Assembly (NCBI GenBank): GCA_934155645.1
Contig: CAKPHC010000006.1
Span: 30,625-94,624 of the forward strand
Length of the DNA: 64,000 bases
Source of the DNA: an uncultured Bacilli bacterium
GTDB taxonomy: Bacteria; Bacillota_I; Bacilli_A; RF39; UBA660
Direction: 5' to 3'
Part shown: in pieces, positions 38,566 to 47,170 of the stretch
Numbering within the stretch: the first letter of the stretch is position 1
Layout: every line of letters starts with the position of its first letter
Made by a program: the position numbers and the translations under genes
Notes under the pieces: model-generated
What the model was told of the DNA's origin: nothing
Seen by the model: the letters and a program-made list of their open reading frames with translations, nothing else
The model's database searches: none

Positions 38566-39939
38566 TTAAAATTTAACTCTTTCTTTGATATATTCTTCTA
38601 TTTCATCTACTTTAACAGTTATTTGTTTCATAGTATCTCTATCTCTTATAGTAACAGTATTATTATTTATTGTTTCATCATCTATAGTAATTGCAAAAGG
38701 TGTACCAATAACATCACTTCTTCTATAACGTTTACCTATATTACCTGATTCATCATAAGTAACCATAAATTCTTTAGATAATTCTTTATATATTTCCATG
38801 GCTTTTTCACTATGGAATTTTTTTACTAGAGGTAAGATAGTAGCTTTGTAAGGAGCTAGATATGGATGTAGTTTTAATACTTCTCTTGTTGTACCATCTT
38901 CTAGTGTTTCTTCATTATAAGCATCACTTAATACTGTTAATACTAGTCTTTCTACTCCTAATGATGGTTCTACTACATATGGAATATATTTTTCATTAGT
39001 TTCAGGGTCTAAGTATTCCATTGATTTACCAGAGAATTTTTGATGTTGAGTTAAGTCATAATTAGTACGGCTTGCAATACCCCATAATTCTCCCCAACCA
39101 AATGGGAATTTATATTCTATATCAGTAGTTGCATTACTATAAAAACATAATTCTTCTTGTGAATGGTCTCTAAGTCTTAAATTCTCTTCTTTAATTCCAA
39201 GTGATAATAAGAAATTCTTACAATATTCTTTATAATGTTTGAACCATTCAAGTTCCGTTCCTGGTTTACAGAAGAATTCTAACTCCATTTGTTCAAATTC
39301 TCTTACTCTAAAGATAAAGTTTCCTGGAGTTATTTCATTTCTAAAACTCTTACCTACTTGACCAATACCAAATGGTAGTTTTAATCTCAAACTTCTTTGA
39401 ACATTTAAGAAGTTAGTAAATATTCCTTGAGCTGTTTCGGGTCTTAAATATATTGTATTTTTAGAGTCTTCAGTTACACCTTGGAAAGTTTTAAACATTA
39501 AGTTAAATTGTCTTATATCAGTAAAATCACTTTTACCACATTTAGGACATTTAATATTATGTTCTTTTATATAGCTAACTAATTCTTCACTAGTCATACC
39601 ACCAGCATCTTCTACTCCATCTTCTTCAACTAATTTATCTGCTCTATGTCTTGTTTTACATGCTTTACAATCGATTAATGGGTCAGAAAATGTTGATAAG
39701 TGTCCTGATGCTTCCCATACTCTAGGATTCATTAAAATAGCACTATCTAATCCTACGTTATTAGCATCTTCTTGAACAAATTTCTTAAGCCAAGCCTTCT
39801 TTACATTGCTTTTCAATTCAGCTCCTAAAGGTCCAAAATCCCAAGTATTAGCAAGTCCATCATATATTTCACTTCCTTGAAATATATATCCATATTGCTT
39901 ACATAAATTAACTAATTTATCCATTGTTAAGTTTTCCAT
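38566..39939 (-). CDS. glyQS: Glycine--tRNA ligase (single-chain alpha2 type)
   Basis: [42 protein letters not shown]. Confidence 0.95.
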   Translation of the reverse strand: MENLTMDKLVNLCKQYGYIFQGSEIYDGLANTWDFGPLGAELKSNVKKAWLKKFVQEDANNVGLDSAILMNPRVWEASGHLSTFSDPLIDCKACKTRHRADKLVEEDGVEDAGGMTSEELVSYIKEHNIKCPKCGKSDFTDIRQFNLMFKTFQGVTEDSKNTIYLRPETAQGIFTNFLNVQRSLRLKLPFGIGQVGKSFRNEITPGNFIFRVREFEQMELEFFCKPGTELEWFKHYKEYCKNFLLSLGIKEENLRLRDHSQEELCFYSNATTDIEYKFPFGWGELWGIASRTNYDLTQHQKFSGKSMEYLDPETNEKYIPYVVEPSLGVERLVLTVLSDAYNEETLEDGTTREVLKLHPYLAPYKATILPLVKKFHSEKAMEIYKELSKEFMVTYDESGNIGKRYRRSDVIGTPFAITIDDETINNNTVTIRDRDTMKQITVKVDEIEEYIKERVKF

Positions 39940-39940
39940 A

Positions 39941-40705
39941 TTAATTATTCTCCTTCTCTATTTGTATTTTTTTATTATTTCTTTTTTCTGAATTATATTT
40001 ATTATACCCTTTTATTACAGCAGGTAATAATTCTGTACTGTTAATACTAATGTATAAATCACCACAAGTAAGGTCATAACCCAAGTTAATGTAGTCTTCA
40101 CTATCTTCATTAAATAGATTTTTATTCTCTAGAGTTGCTTCTTCTCCTTTTTGTTTTAATTTATTATAAATAAACTTTTCTAAGAAATTCTCTTCTAAAG
40201 GATTAACAATATGATTAGTAATAAAAATATTTAATTCTAAATAATCTCCAAATATGTCTTTTCTTTTATTATATGTAGAATAAAAATTAGTATTTATTTC
40301 AATTCTATCAATATCTTGTTCTTTGTCTAAGAAAGATAATCTATCATGACTATATTTAGTATACATCATAGAAAAGGCATTTCTTAGTTTATAATTTGTA
40401 GAAGACAAACCTATTCTTCTATCTCCTCCTACTAGTGCATACGTTCCTTGTTGCCATACTATTTTTCTGTTATCACTATAATATATTAAATTATTATTTT
40501 CTAAACAAAGTCTTAGAACTTCTAACATTTTTTCATCATCTGTATAGCAATCCAAGTTATCATAAAAATGATTATTGATATGTTCTTTTTCATTATATTC
40601 ACAACCATTTACTTGAATACTGTAATCATTATCTTCTTCACTAAAAATAACTGACTTGTAATTACCATTATCTAGGTATTTTTTACCAGTAATTCTAATT
40701 CCCAT
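39941..40705 (-). CDS. Hypothetical protein (254 aa), first gene behind the Gly T-box and translationally coupled to glyQS
   Basis: True start is MGIRITGKK (AGGAGG + 4 nt). The 21 upstream codons in the ORF track are T-box RNA. Stop TAA lies 1 nt before the glyQS ATG. Confidence 0.7.
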   Translation of the reverse strand: MGIRITGKKYLDNGNYKSVIFSEEDNDYSIQVNGCEYNEKEHINNHFYDNLDCYTDDEKMLEVLRLCLENNNLIYYSDNRKIVWQQGTYALVGGDRRIGLSSTNYKLRNAFSMMYTKYSHDRLSFLDKEQDIDRIEINTNFYSTYNKRKDIFGDYLELNIFITNHIVNPLEENFLEKFIYNKLKQKGEEATLENKNLFNEDSEDYINLGYDLTCGDLYISINSTELLPAVIKGYNKYNSEKRNNKKIQIEKENN

Positions 40706-40843
40706 AAAACCTCCTATATAAATAAAAACTCCTAGAATATATAGGGACGATTTTACTCGCGGTTCCACCCTACTTATTCTAGAAGAATCACTCTTTTACA
40801 TTGCTGAATGGGTTTCCAAGCCCGTCATCGCATCAATAAATAT
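40706..40843 (-). promoter_or_regulatory. T-box leader (glycine), unusually short
   Basis: Minus strand has AGGGTGGAACCGCG (40758-40771, T-box 14-mer with a UGGA bulge), GCGATGA (GA/K-turn-like) near the 5' end, and a GGG-CUUGGAAA-CCC hairpin with GGA in its loop. Confidence 0.7.
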
Positions 40844-40849
40844 GAACTT

Positions 40850-40877
40850 ATTATAGCACAAATAAGTTATTTGTAAA
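40850..40877 (-). promoter_or_regulatory. Promoter of the Gly T-box operon
   Basis: TTTACA-16 nt-TGCTATAAT (extended -10) directly after the upstream stop codon. Confidence 0.5.
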
Positions 40878-41108
40878 CTAGATTTCTAAATCTTCTCTAT
40901 GTTTATCAGCAAATGCTTCTAATACTGTGTTGAATTCTTCCCTACTATCAAGTCCTACTAAATATTCTTCACCGTCTTCGATTTCAACTTTTCTTATACA
41001 AAAGTCTTCAGGATTTTCTATATTTGCCAAATGTAAGTATTTTGAGCCATTAACAACAAGTTCTAAAGAAATTACATAATTTTTTCCATCTAATTCTACT
41101 GTTTCCAT
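40878..41108 (-). CDS. Small acidic hypothetical protein (76 aa), possibly DUF1292-like
   Basis: AGGAGG RBS; G.NY..S.ELV..G.KYL..A..E pattern weakly reminiscent of DUF1292. Confidence 0.5.
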   Translation of the reverse strand: METVELDGKNYVISLELVVNGSKYLHLANIENPEDFCIRKVEIEDGEEYLVGLDSREEFNTVLEAFADKHREDLEI

Positions 41109-41117
41109 TTAGTCCTC

Positions 41118-41756
41118 CTATTTAACCCCATAAGTGGTTTCGGTATCTTTAATATTTTTTTCTGCTAAAACTCGTTTTGTCATTACTTCTCTATATTTTT
41201 CAATACTTGGGTCTCCATTTTTATCAACAAAACCTTTTTTAGTTAAGTAATCACTAAAGTCCTCATATCTTACGCCTTCACCAAAGTTTGTTCTTGATAC
41301 TACTTCGTTCATATTCCAAATTGTATTTTGGCTTATACGACAATAGATACTAAATAGAGATATATCTTTGTTTTCACTCTTTTCTACAAATTCAGAAAGG
41401 TCATTTTGATTAAATCCAACTACATGGCCATATTGATTCATACCATCCCACATAGTACCATTTATTACTTGATAATAACTCTTTTCACCATCATAATATT
41501 CTGATTGACTATAGAATTCATTTATTGCTGAACGTGTTTGAACTTTCTCTATTCCCTTATCAATTGCTCTATATGTACCAATAGAAGCTGTTATTAAAGC
41601 TGCTGATGCTACAACAAGGATAGTCTTTGCAATAGCGGCATCTCTTTTTCTATTGGCTTTTTGTCTTTTTACTCCTTCTTTTTTAGAACTATTACGGTAA
41701 GCATTTTCATATAATTGTTCAGGTGATGAAACCGTTCTTTTTCTTTTCTCCTCCAT
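41118..41756 (-). CDS. Hypothetical membrane-anchored protein
   Basis: Basic N-terminus, one TM (ILVVASAALITASIG), extracytoplasmic domain; AGGAGG RBS. Confidence 0.55.
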   Translation of the reverse strand: MEEKRKRTVSSPEQLYENAYRNSSKKEGVKRQKANRKRDAAIAKTILVVASAALITASIGTYRAIDKGIEKVQTRSAINEFYSQSEYYDGEKSYYQVINGTMWDGMNQYGHVVGFNQNDLSEFVEKSENKDISLFSIYCRISQNTIWNMNEVVSRTNFGEGVRYEDFSDYLTKKGFVDKNGDPSIEKYREVMTKRVLAEKNIKDTETTYGVK

Positions 41757-41820
41757 AAAAATACCTCCTATTTTTATATTACAATTATAATATACTATAA
41801 AACAAAATAAGTGTCAATTT

Positions 41821-41838
41821 TTGAAAAGTACTTTACAT
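41821..41838 (+). promoter_or_regulatory. Imperfect palindrome upstream of ldh (Rex-like operator?)
   Basis: TTGAAAAGTACTTTACAT contains the perfect palindrome AAAGTACTTT. Half-sites TTGaaAA/TTtaCAt resemble the Rex consensus TTGTGAA-N4-TTCACAA. Confidence 0.25.
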
Positions 41839-41889
41839 TTAATTTTATAATCATAGTGAATTGAGATATAATAAGAATAGAGGTGAATT

Positions 41890-42798
41890 ATGAAAAATAA
41901 AGTTGTAATTATTGGGTGTGGTAATGTTGGTATGAGTTATGCTTATGCATTATTAAACCAAAGAACATATGTAAATGAATTAGTATTAATAGATTTAAAT
42001 TATGAAAAGACGGTTGGTGAAGCAATGGACTTAAATCATGGCCTTGCTTTTGCTCCTTCTAATGTAGTTACTAAAGCTGGTACTTATGAAGATTGTCGTG
42101 ATGCAAAGATTGTAGTTATTGCAGCAGGTGCTAATCAAGAAGTTGGAGAAACAAGGATGGATTTAATCCATAAAAATGATAAGATATTCAAATCTATTAT
42201 TAGTGAAGTAAATAAAAGTGGATTTGATGGTATTTATATTATTGCTACTAATCCAGTTGATGTAATGACTTATATAACATGGAAACACTCTGGATTTGAT
42301 AAACGTAAAGTAATTGGAAGTGGTACTACTCTAGATACTGCAAGACTTAGATATGAAGTTGCCAAAAGAGTTAATATTCATCCTAAAAATGTTCATGCTT
42401 ACGTTATTGGAGAACATGGTGACAGTGAATTTGTCCCATGGAGTAATGCCAATATAGGCATTCAAAATATAAGAGATTTTCTAAAAGAAGAAGAACTAGA
42501 TGAGATATGTAACAATGTGAGATATGCTGCTTATGAAATAATTAATAGAAAAGGTAATACTAGTTATGGAATAGGAATGAGTTTAGTAAAAATAACTAAT
42601 GCTATTCTAGGTGATGAAAACTTAATATTAACTGTATCTTCTTATGATGAAAATAATGACGTCTTTGTCGGAGGACCTACTATTATAAATAAAGATGGTG
42701 CTAGTAAAAGAATTTTTGTTAAATTAACAGGTGAAGAAGAAGGAAAATTGCAAAACTCTATCGATATATTAAAAGATGCAATTAATAAGGTTAGTTAG
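41890..42798 (+). CDS. ldh: L-lactate dehydrogenase
   Basis: KVVIIGCGNVGMSYAYAL, IATNPVDV, GEHGDSEFV. Confidence 0.95.
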   Translation: MKNKVVIIGCGNVGMSYAYALLNQRTYVNELVLIDLNYEKTVGEAMDLNHGLAFAPSNVVTKAGTYEDCRDAKIVVIAAGANQEVGETRMDLIHKNDKIFKSIISEVNKSGFDGIYIIATNPVDVMTYITWKHSGFDKRKVIGSGTTLDTARLRYEVAKRVNIHPKNVHAYVIGEHGDSEFVPWSNANIGIQNIRDFLKEEELDEICNNVRYAAYEIINRKGNTSYGIGMSLVKITNAILGDENLILTVSSYDENNDVFVGGPTIINKDGASKRIFVKLTGEEEGKLQNSIDILKDAINKVS

Positions 42799-42812
42799 GA
42801 GAATTATAAAAA

Positions 42813-43262
42813 ATGAAAGAATTTTGTGATTCATTAGATTATGATAATAATTATTATTTTTATCATGAAACTAGTGATAATAAAGCAAAAAGCATTTGTG
42901 AACAGGGTTTATTATTATCAGGATACAATATTGTAAAAGCAAGAAATTTATTGTTAACAACTGCCCTACCTTTACCTAAAGAAATTGCTTGTGATGAGGT
43001 AGCTTTCAGTGATTTCTTAGAAGATGAAATTAGTCCTTCAGATATTAGACCAATTACTGAAATGGTTATAATAGCAGTTCCTAAAGAAGATATTGATTAT
43101 GTCGTTATAAAAAATGAGAATAATTACTATCACAGTGATGTTGATTCTCCTAACTATATGGTTCAACCTCAATACATTTTAGGGTACTTTGATTTGGAAA
43201 CAAAGAACTTTACTCTTAATCCAGAATCTTATTATTCAGGAGAATTTAGTTACAAATTATAA
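42813..43262 (+). CDS. Hypothetical protein (149 aa)
   Basis: AGGAG RBS; no motif recognised. Confidence 0.55.
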   Translation: MKEFCDSLDYDNNYYFYHETSDNKAKSICEQGLLLSGYNIVKARNLLLTTALPLPKEIACDEVAFSDFLEDEISPSDIRPITEMVIIAVPKEDIDYVVIKNENNYYHSDVDSPNYMVQPQYILGYFDLETKNFTLNPESYYSGEFSYKL

Positions 43263-43263
43263 A

Positions 43264-43293
43264 AACCAAACTTATTCGTTTGGTTCTTTTTTT
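43264..43293. terminator. Bidirectional hairpin between convergent genes
   Basis: AACCAAAC-ttattc-GTTTGGTT + T-run. Confidence 0.65.
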
Positions 43294-43307
43294 ATTAGTA
43301 ATTATAA

Positions 43308-44747
43308 TTAACTAGTTTTAATTACATATGGATTAGAACTAGTACCATCTCCACCATCAACGATTTCTGTAGTGGATTTAAGATTGATGACTGGGCGCAC
43401 ACCAATAAATTGACTGTCGACCTCTTCGTGATCAAGTAAACTACCATCGGTGCCTACGCCCCACGCGTTAGGCACATAACCGTCATAGAGATTAGGTGTC
43501 ATCGTCCAAAAAGCTACTCCTTCTAGATAAAGGTAATAATTTTCATTCGATTCAAAATCAACACCACCAGCATATGCCACTTCATCTGCTGATATTAAGC
43601 CGATTGGATATGTTAATGCTTTGTTTCCCTTTGTACTTGTTGTAATTGTATATAAGTCATTGGTTTGTGAGCATTTGAATTGGGGTAGATTATTGCTTAT
43701 TAATCTATTATATGCACCATATTTAGTCTTCGTTTTTCCTATTCCTGTTTCAGTATTTAGACTTCTGTCACCACAGAAACCGGAATCCACTATTACTGGT
43801 GAATAATTAATTAAATTATTTTGATACCATGTATCTAACAATGTTTTAATTGTACTTGAATTTATATTTGCATGCGTTGCTGCATATGTTGTTGAGCCTG
43901 CCGTTCCGTACATATATCCTACATATGCATTATCACTATAATTAGTATTAAATACACTATTACCTATTGAATCTTGTTTAATGAGTCTTACTGTACCATC
44001 TTCGTTTATTCTTACTATTCTCCAAGTATTGCTTGCAAATGATACATAGTTGTTTTCTACCGCTCCTCTAAAGTAATATGTTACTTTATTATCTTCAGTA
44101 TTTGTGCTTGTATAATATAATCCTTTTCCATTTGTGTCGCTACTTATTTGTGAGAAATCTATATTTGTATCTGGTTGTGCCGTATTGTCTTTTCGTATTT
44201 GTTTAGCTAATAGAATTGGTCCTTCTACAACAACATCTTCACCAGTAATAGTTTGCCCTGTATCTTGAACATAATTTATATCTACCGTCAAATTATCATT
44301 TAAAATTCCAGGTTGTTCTGTGACACTGTCATCAAAGGAGATTATTACGTTAAAAGTAGTACTTGCTTTTCCTGCTAATCGGTCGCCTTTTTTAATACCT
44401 GTTATTTCAAATTTAATGGCATTGTTTGATGTTTTGCTTGCCTTAATATCACTTATTATTGCATTTATTGTTCCTTTGTTTTCTACAGTTATTTCATACG
44501 TGATAGAATCGCCTGGAGCATGTACATCTAAATCAAATGTAGCACTTGTTCCACTTGCTGTTGGTGCTGAATTAATAGTTACACCACTTGTTTTAGATAC
44601 TTCTTCTATTTTGGTAAATACTACCTCCCAAGTAGAAGAGATGCTTACCATACCATTTATTTTAAGATTAGCTGAGAACGCTGCATACCCTACTGCCATA
44701 AATAGTATTGCTATACACATTACAATTATTATTTTCTTTTTCTTCAT
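43308..44747 (-). CDS. Secreted modular protein, family paralog P4
   Basis: MKKKKIIIVMCIAILFMAVGYAAFSANLKINGMVSISSTWEV..APGDSITYEITVENKGTINAI..VQDTGQ plus the shared C-terminal domain (WRIVRINEDGT, GYMYGTAGSTTYAATHANINSSTIK, GFCGDRS, FWTMTP, VRPVINLKST). Confidence 0.9.
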   Translation of the reverse strand: MKKKKIIIVMCIAILFMAVGYAAFSANLKINGMVSISSTWEVVFTKIEEVSKTSGVTINSAPTASGTSATFDLDVHAPGDSITYEITVENKGTINAIISDIKASKTSNNAIKFEITGIKKGDRLAGKASTTFNVIISFDDSVTEQPGILNDNLTVDINYVQDTGQTITGEDVVVEGPILLAKQIRKDNTAQPDTNIDFSQISSDTNGKGLYYTSTNTEDNKVTYYFRGAVENNYVSFASNTWRIVRINEDGTVRLIKQDSIGNSVFNTNYSDNAYVGYMYGTAGSTTYAATHANINSSTIKTLLDTWYQNNLINYSPVIVDSGFCGDRSLNTETGIGKTKTKYGAYNRLISNNLPQFKCSQTNDLYTITTSTKGNKALTYPIGLISADEVAYAGGVDFESNENYYLYLEGVAFWTMTPNLYDGYVPNAWGVGTDGSLLDHEEVDSQFIGVRPVINLKSTTEIVDGGDGTSSNPYVIKTS

Positions 44748-44868
44748 CTATATCACCCGAATTTTATTATCTATTAATAGTATATCAATTATTGTAATTC
44801 TTTTACAAGATTATTCTTGTATTTTTAGAAATTCTTTTACAATATATTGTCATTTTTATTATAAAACA

Positions 44869-44892
44869 AAAAAATTTCGCAATGCGAAACCT
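44869..44892 (-). terminator. Terminator of the ZIP transporter gene
   Basis: Minus strand: TTTCGCATTGCGAAA hairpin + T7. Confidence 0.55.
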
Positions 44893-45627
44893 TTATAAAA
44901 ACATTGTTATAACTATTAGTAAGATTCCAAGTAGTATTCCTGCTATAGAGTACTTTTTATTTTTCATTTCTAATATTCTAGGTAATAATTCAAAAACACT
45001 TATGTATACTAACATACCTAAAGTAATACTTAATAAAACTCCTAGAATTATTTCATTTACTAATATACCGGATAACATCATCATAATTAATCCACCTAAG
45101 AAAGTAGATAATGATACTGTTATAATAATTAACCATGTCTTTCTCTTATCGTTATTAGCTTTATAAAAAGTTGATGCGATAACCATCCCTAGAGGAATAT
45201 TGTGAAGTCCTACTCCAATACTTATTAGAATACCAGACTTTAATGAATTATTTACAGTAGTATATACTGCCATGCCTTCAATAATATTATGAAGAACTAA
45301 AGCAATACTAGAAATAAGTCCTATATGGTTTAATTCTTCTTTATCATGTCCATCATGGTCAGGAATAAATAAATCTAATAGTTTTAATATTCCTATTCCT
45401 AGTAAAATACCTAAAGCACTGTAGATAATACCTTTAACACTACCATATTCATCTATAAATATTTCTTTTACTTCAGGAATTAAATCTACAAATATTAACA
45501 TTATCATTACTGAAAATGCTAAACTTATTGAAAAATTAACGAATTTATTATTATTCTTACTTGCAAATGTTATTAATGCACCTATTACAATAAATATTCC
45601 TAATACTAGTGTGATTATTAGTCCCAT
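44893..45627 (-). CDS. ZIP-family metal transporter (ZupT-like)
   Basis: HNIIEGMAVY and GLHNIPLGM motifs in a polytopic protein with a His/Asp-rich loop (PDHDGHDKE). Confidence 0.8.
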   Translation of the reverse strand: MGLIITLVLGIFIVIGALITFASKNNNKFVNFSISLAFSVMIMLIFVDLIPEVKEIFIDEYGSVKGIIYSALGILLGIGILKLLDLFIPDHDGHDKEELNHIGLISSIALVLHNIIEGMAVYTTVNNSLKSGILISIGVGLHNIPLGMVIASTFYKANNDKRKTWLIIITVSLSTFLGGLIMMMLSGILVNEIILGVLLSITLGMLVYISVFELLPRILEMKNKKYSIAGILLGILLIVITMFL

Positions 45628-45639
45628 AATAACTCCTAT

Positions 45640-46440
45640 CTATATTAGAGTCCAAAGAATTACTAAGATACCTAAAGCTAGGCGATACCACATGAATACT
45701 TTAAAATCATGTTTTTTCAAATACTTCATTAAGAATCTAATACATAACATACCTGTTACAAATGATACTAATATACCTGTTGCAAACATTGGTAAATTAG
45801 CCATTATTATATCTATACTATCTTTTAGACTTAGTATAGTTGCACCTAGTACTACTGGTGCTGATAAATAAAATGAAAATTTAGCAGCATCTTCTCTTTT
45901 AAGTTTTAAACATCTTCCGGCTGCTATAGTGGTTCCACTTCTAGAAAACCCTGGTATTAGTGCAAATACTTGACTACAACCTATTATAAAAGCATCTTTA
46001 AGTGTTAAATCACTAATACTTTTTTTAGTAGCAAAATGCTTATCAACTAAGTAAATGATTATACCCATGATAATTAGTGCTAGAGCTATTAAGATAAAGT
46101 TAGTTCTAATAGCATTTTCTATTACATCCTCAAATAAAACTCCTGCAATAGCAGCTGGTATTGTAGCTACTATAATATACCAAAGTATTTTACCTTCTTT
46201 ATCTTTTATTCCTTTAGTAAATCCTTTTGTTATCATATTAATAAAGTCTTTAAAGAAATAAATTCCTATTGCTAATAAAGTACCAAAGTGTAATGCTACG
46301 TCAAAACTTAAAGCAACATCACTTCCTATATTAGCGCCTATACCAAATAAATCTCTAAATATTATTAGATGTGCTGAAGATGATATAGGTAGAAATTCCG
46401 CTATCCCCTGAATTAATCCTAAAATAATTACTGACCACAT
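45640..46440 (-). CDS. uppP: Undecaprenyl-diphosphate phosphatase
   Basis: GLIQGIAEFLPISSSAHL and PGFSRSGTT motifs. Start moved to MWSVII (GGGAGGA RBS). Confidence 0.95.
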   Translation of the reverse strand: MWSVIILGLIQGIAEFLPISSSAHLIIFRDLFGIGANIGSDVALSFDVALHFGTLLAIGIYFFKDFINMITKGFTKGIKDKEGKILWYIIVATIPAAIAGVLFEDVIENAIRTNFILIALALIIMGIIIYLVDKHFATKKSISDLTLKDAFIIGCSQVFALIPGFSRSGTTIAAGRCLKLKREDAAKFSFYLSAPVVLGATILSLKDSIDIIMANLPMFATGILVSFVTGMLCIRFLMKYLKKHDFKVFMWYRLALGILVILWTLI

Positions 46441-46501
46441 AAATTGTCCTCCCATCATACTTATTCAGTATACCATATAAAGCAATTTATAAAAATCTTT
46501 T

Positions 46502-47170
46502 TTATTTATTTTTTTCTTTCATCAATCTTTTAGCTTGATTTTTTCTTCTTCTTTCTATTAATTCTACTTTTTTCAATGTAATATTTGCTGCTCTTCTGAA
46601 TTCAGAATATGGCTTACTTCCATTTAATTCTTTCATCTTACGATGCTTTGCAATTTTCTTTAATTGTTCTAAATCATTTTCTTCAAAATATCCTGGATAT
46701 CTTGTTAAAAGTAAGTTATTAGTAATTAAGAAATTAGTATTACTTTTGTATTTATCAAATGCTGTACCATCTTTGTAAGCTTCATTTATTTTATCTGGAT
46801 TCATTATTCTTTGTGCTATAACTTCAGCATAGCTTTCATCCCATCTATATCCAGTATTAACATTACTTACATAATATGAGTAACTTATTTCTTCTCCTAA
46901 TCTTGTAGGTCCATATTTTTTAATTGAAACTATTTGAGTAAGAATATCTATTGCACCCATACCTACTTCTGGGTCTTCACAATATTTATTGCAAAGTTTA
47001 TATATTTTATCAAACTTTTCACGGATTAAGAACATGTATGAAGGGTCAGTTGCTCTTTCTACTAAAGTTTCAATCATTAATCTTTCTTCATCTTCAGTAT
47101 ATACTGCTCTATCAAGTATTACTAATCTTTCACCATGTATCTCTTCTTGCATTTTTTCTATATTTCTCAT
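46502..47170 (-). CDS. Hypothetical protein (222 aa) translationally coupled to lon
   Basis: Its ATG shares one nucleotide with the lon stop (TAATG); basic C-terminal tail; no motif recognised. Confidence 0.6.
   Translation of the reverse strand: MRNIEKMQEEIHGERLVILDRAVYTEDEERLMIETLVERATDPSYMFLIREKFDKIYKLCNKYCEDPEVGMGAIDILTQIVSIKKYGPTRLGEEISYSYYVSNVNTGYRWDESYAEVIAQRIMNPDKINEAYKDGTAFDKYKSNTNFLITNNLLLTRYPGYFEENDLEQLKKIAKHRKMKELNGSKPYSEFRRAANITLKKVELIERRRKNQAKRLMKEKNK

Noticed and set aside
40706-40768. 21-codon N-terminal extension of ORF 39941-40768 (MEPRVKSSLYILGVFIYIGGF)
   Set aside because: This stretch is the T-box motif and downstream helix translated. An AGGAGG RBS precedes the internal ATG at 40705.
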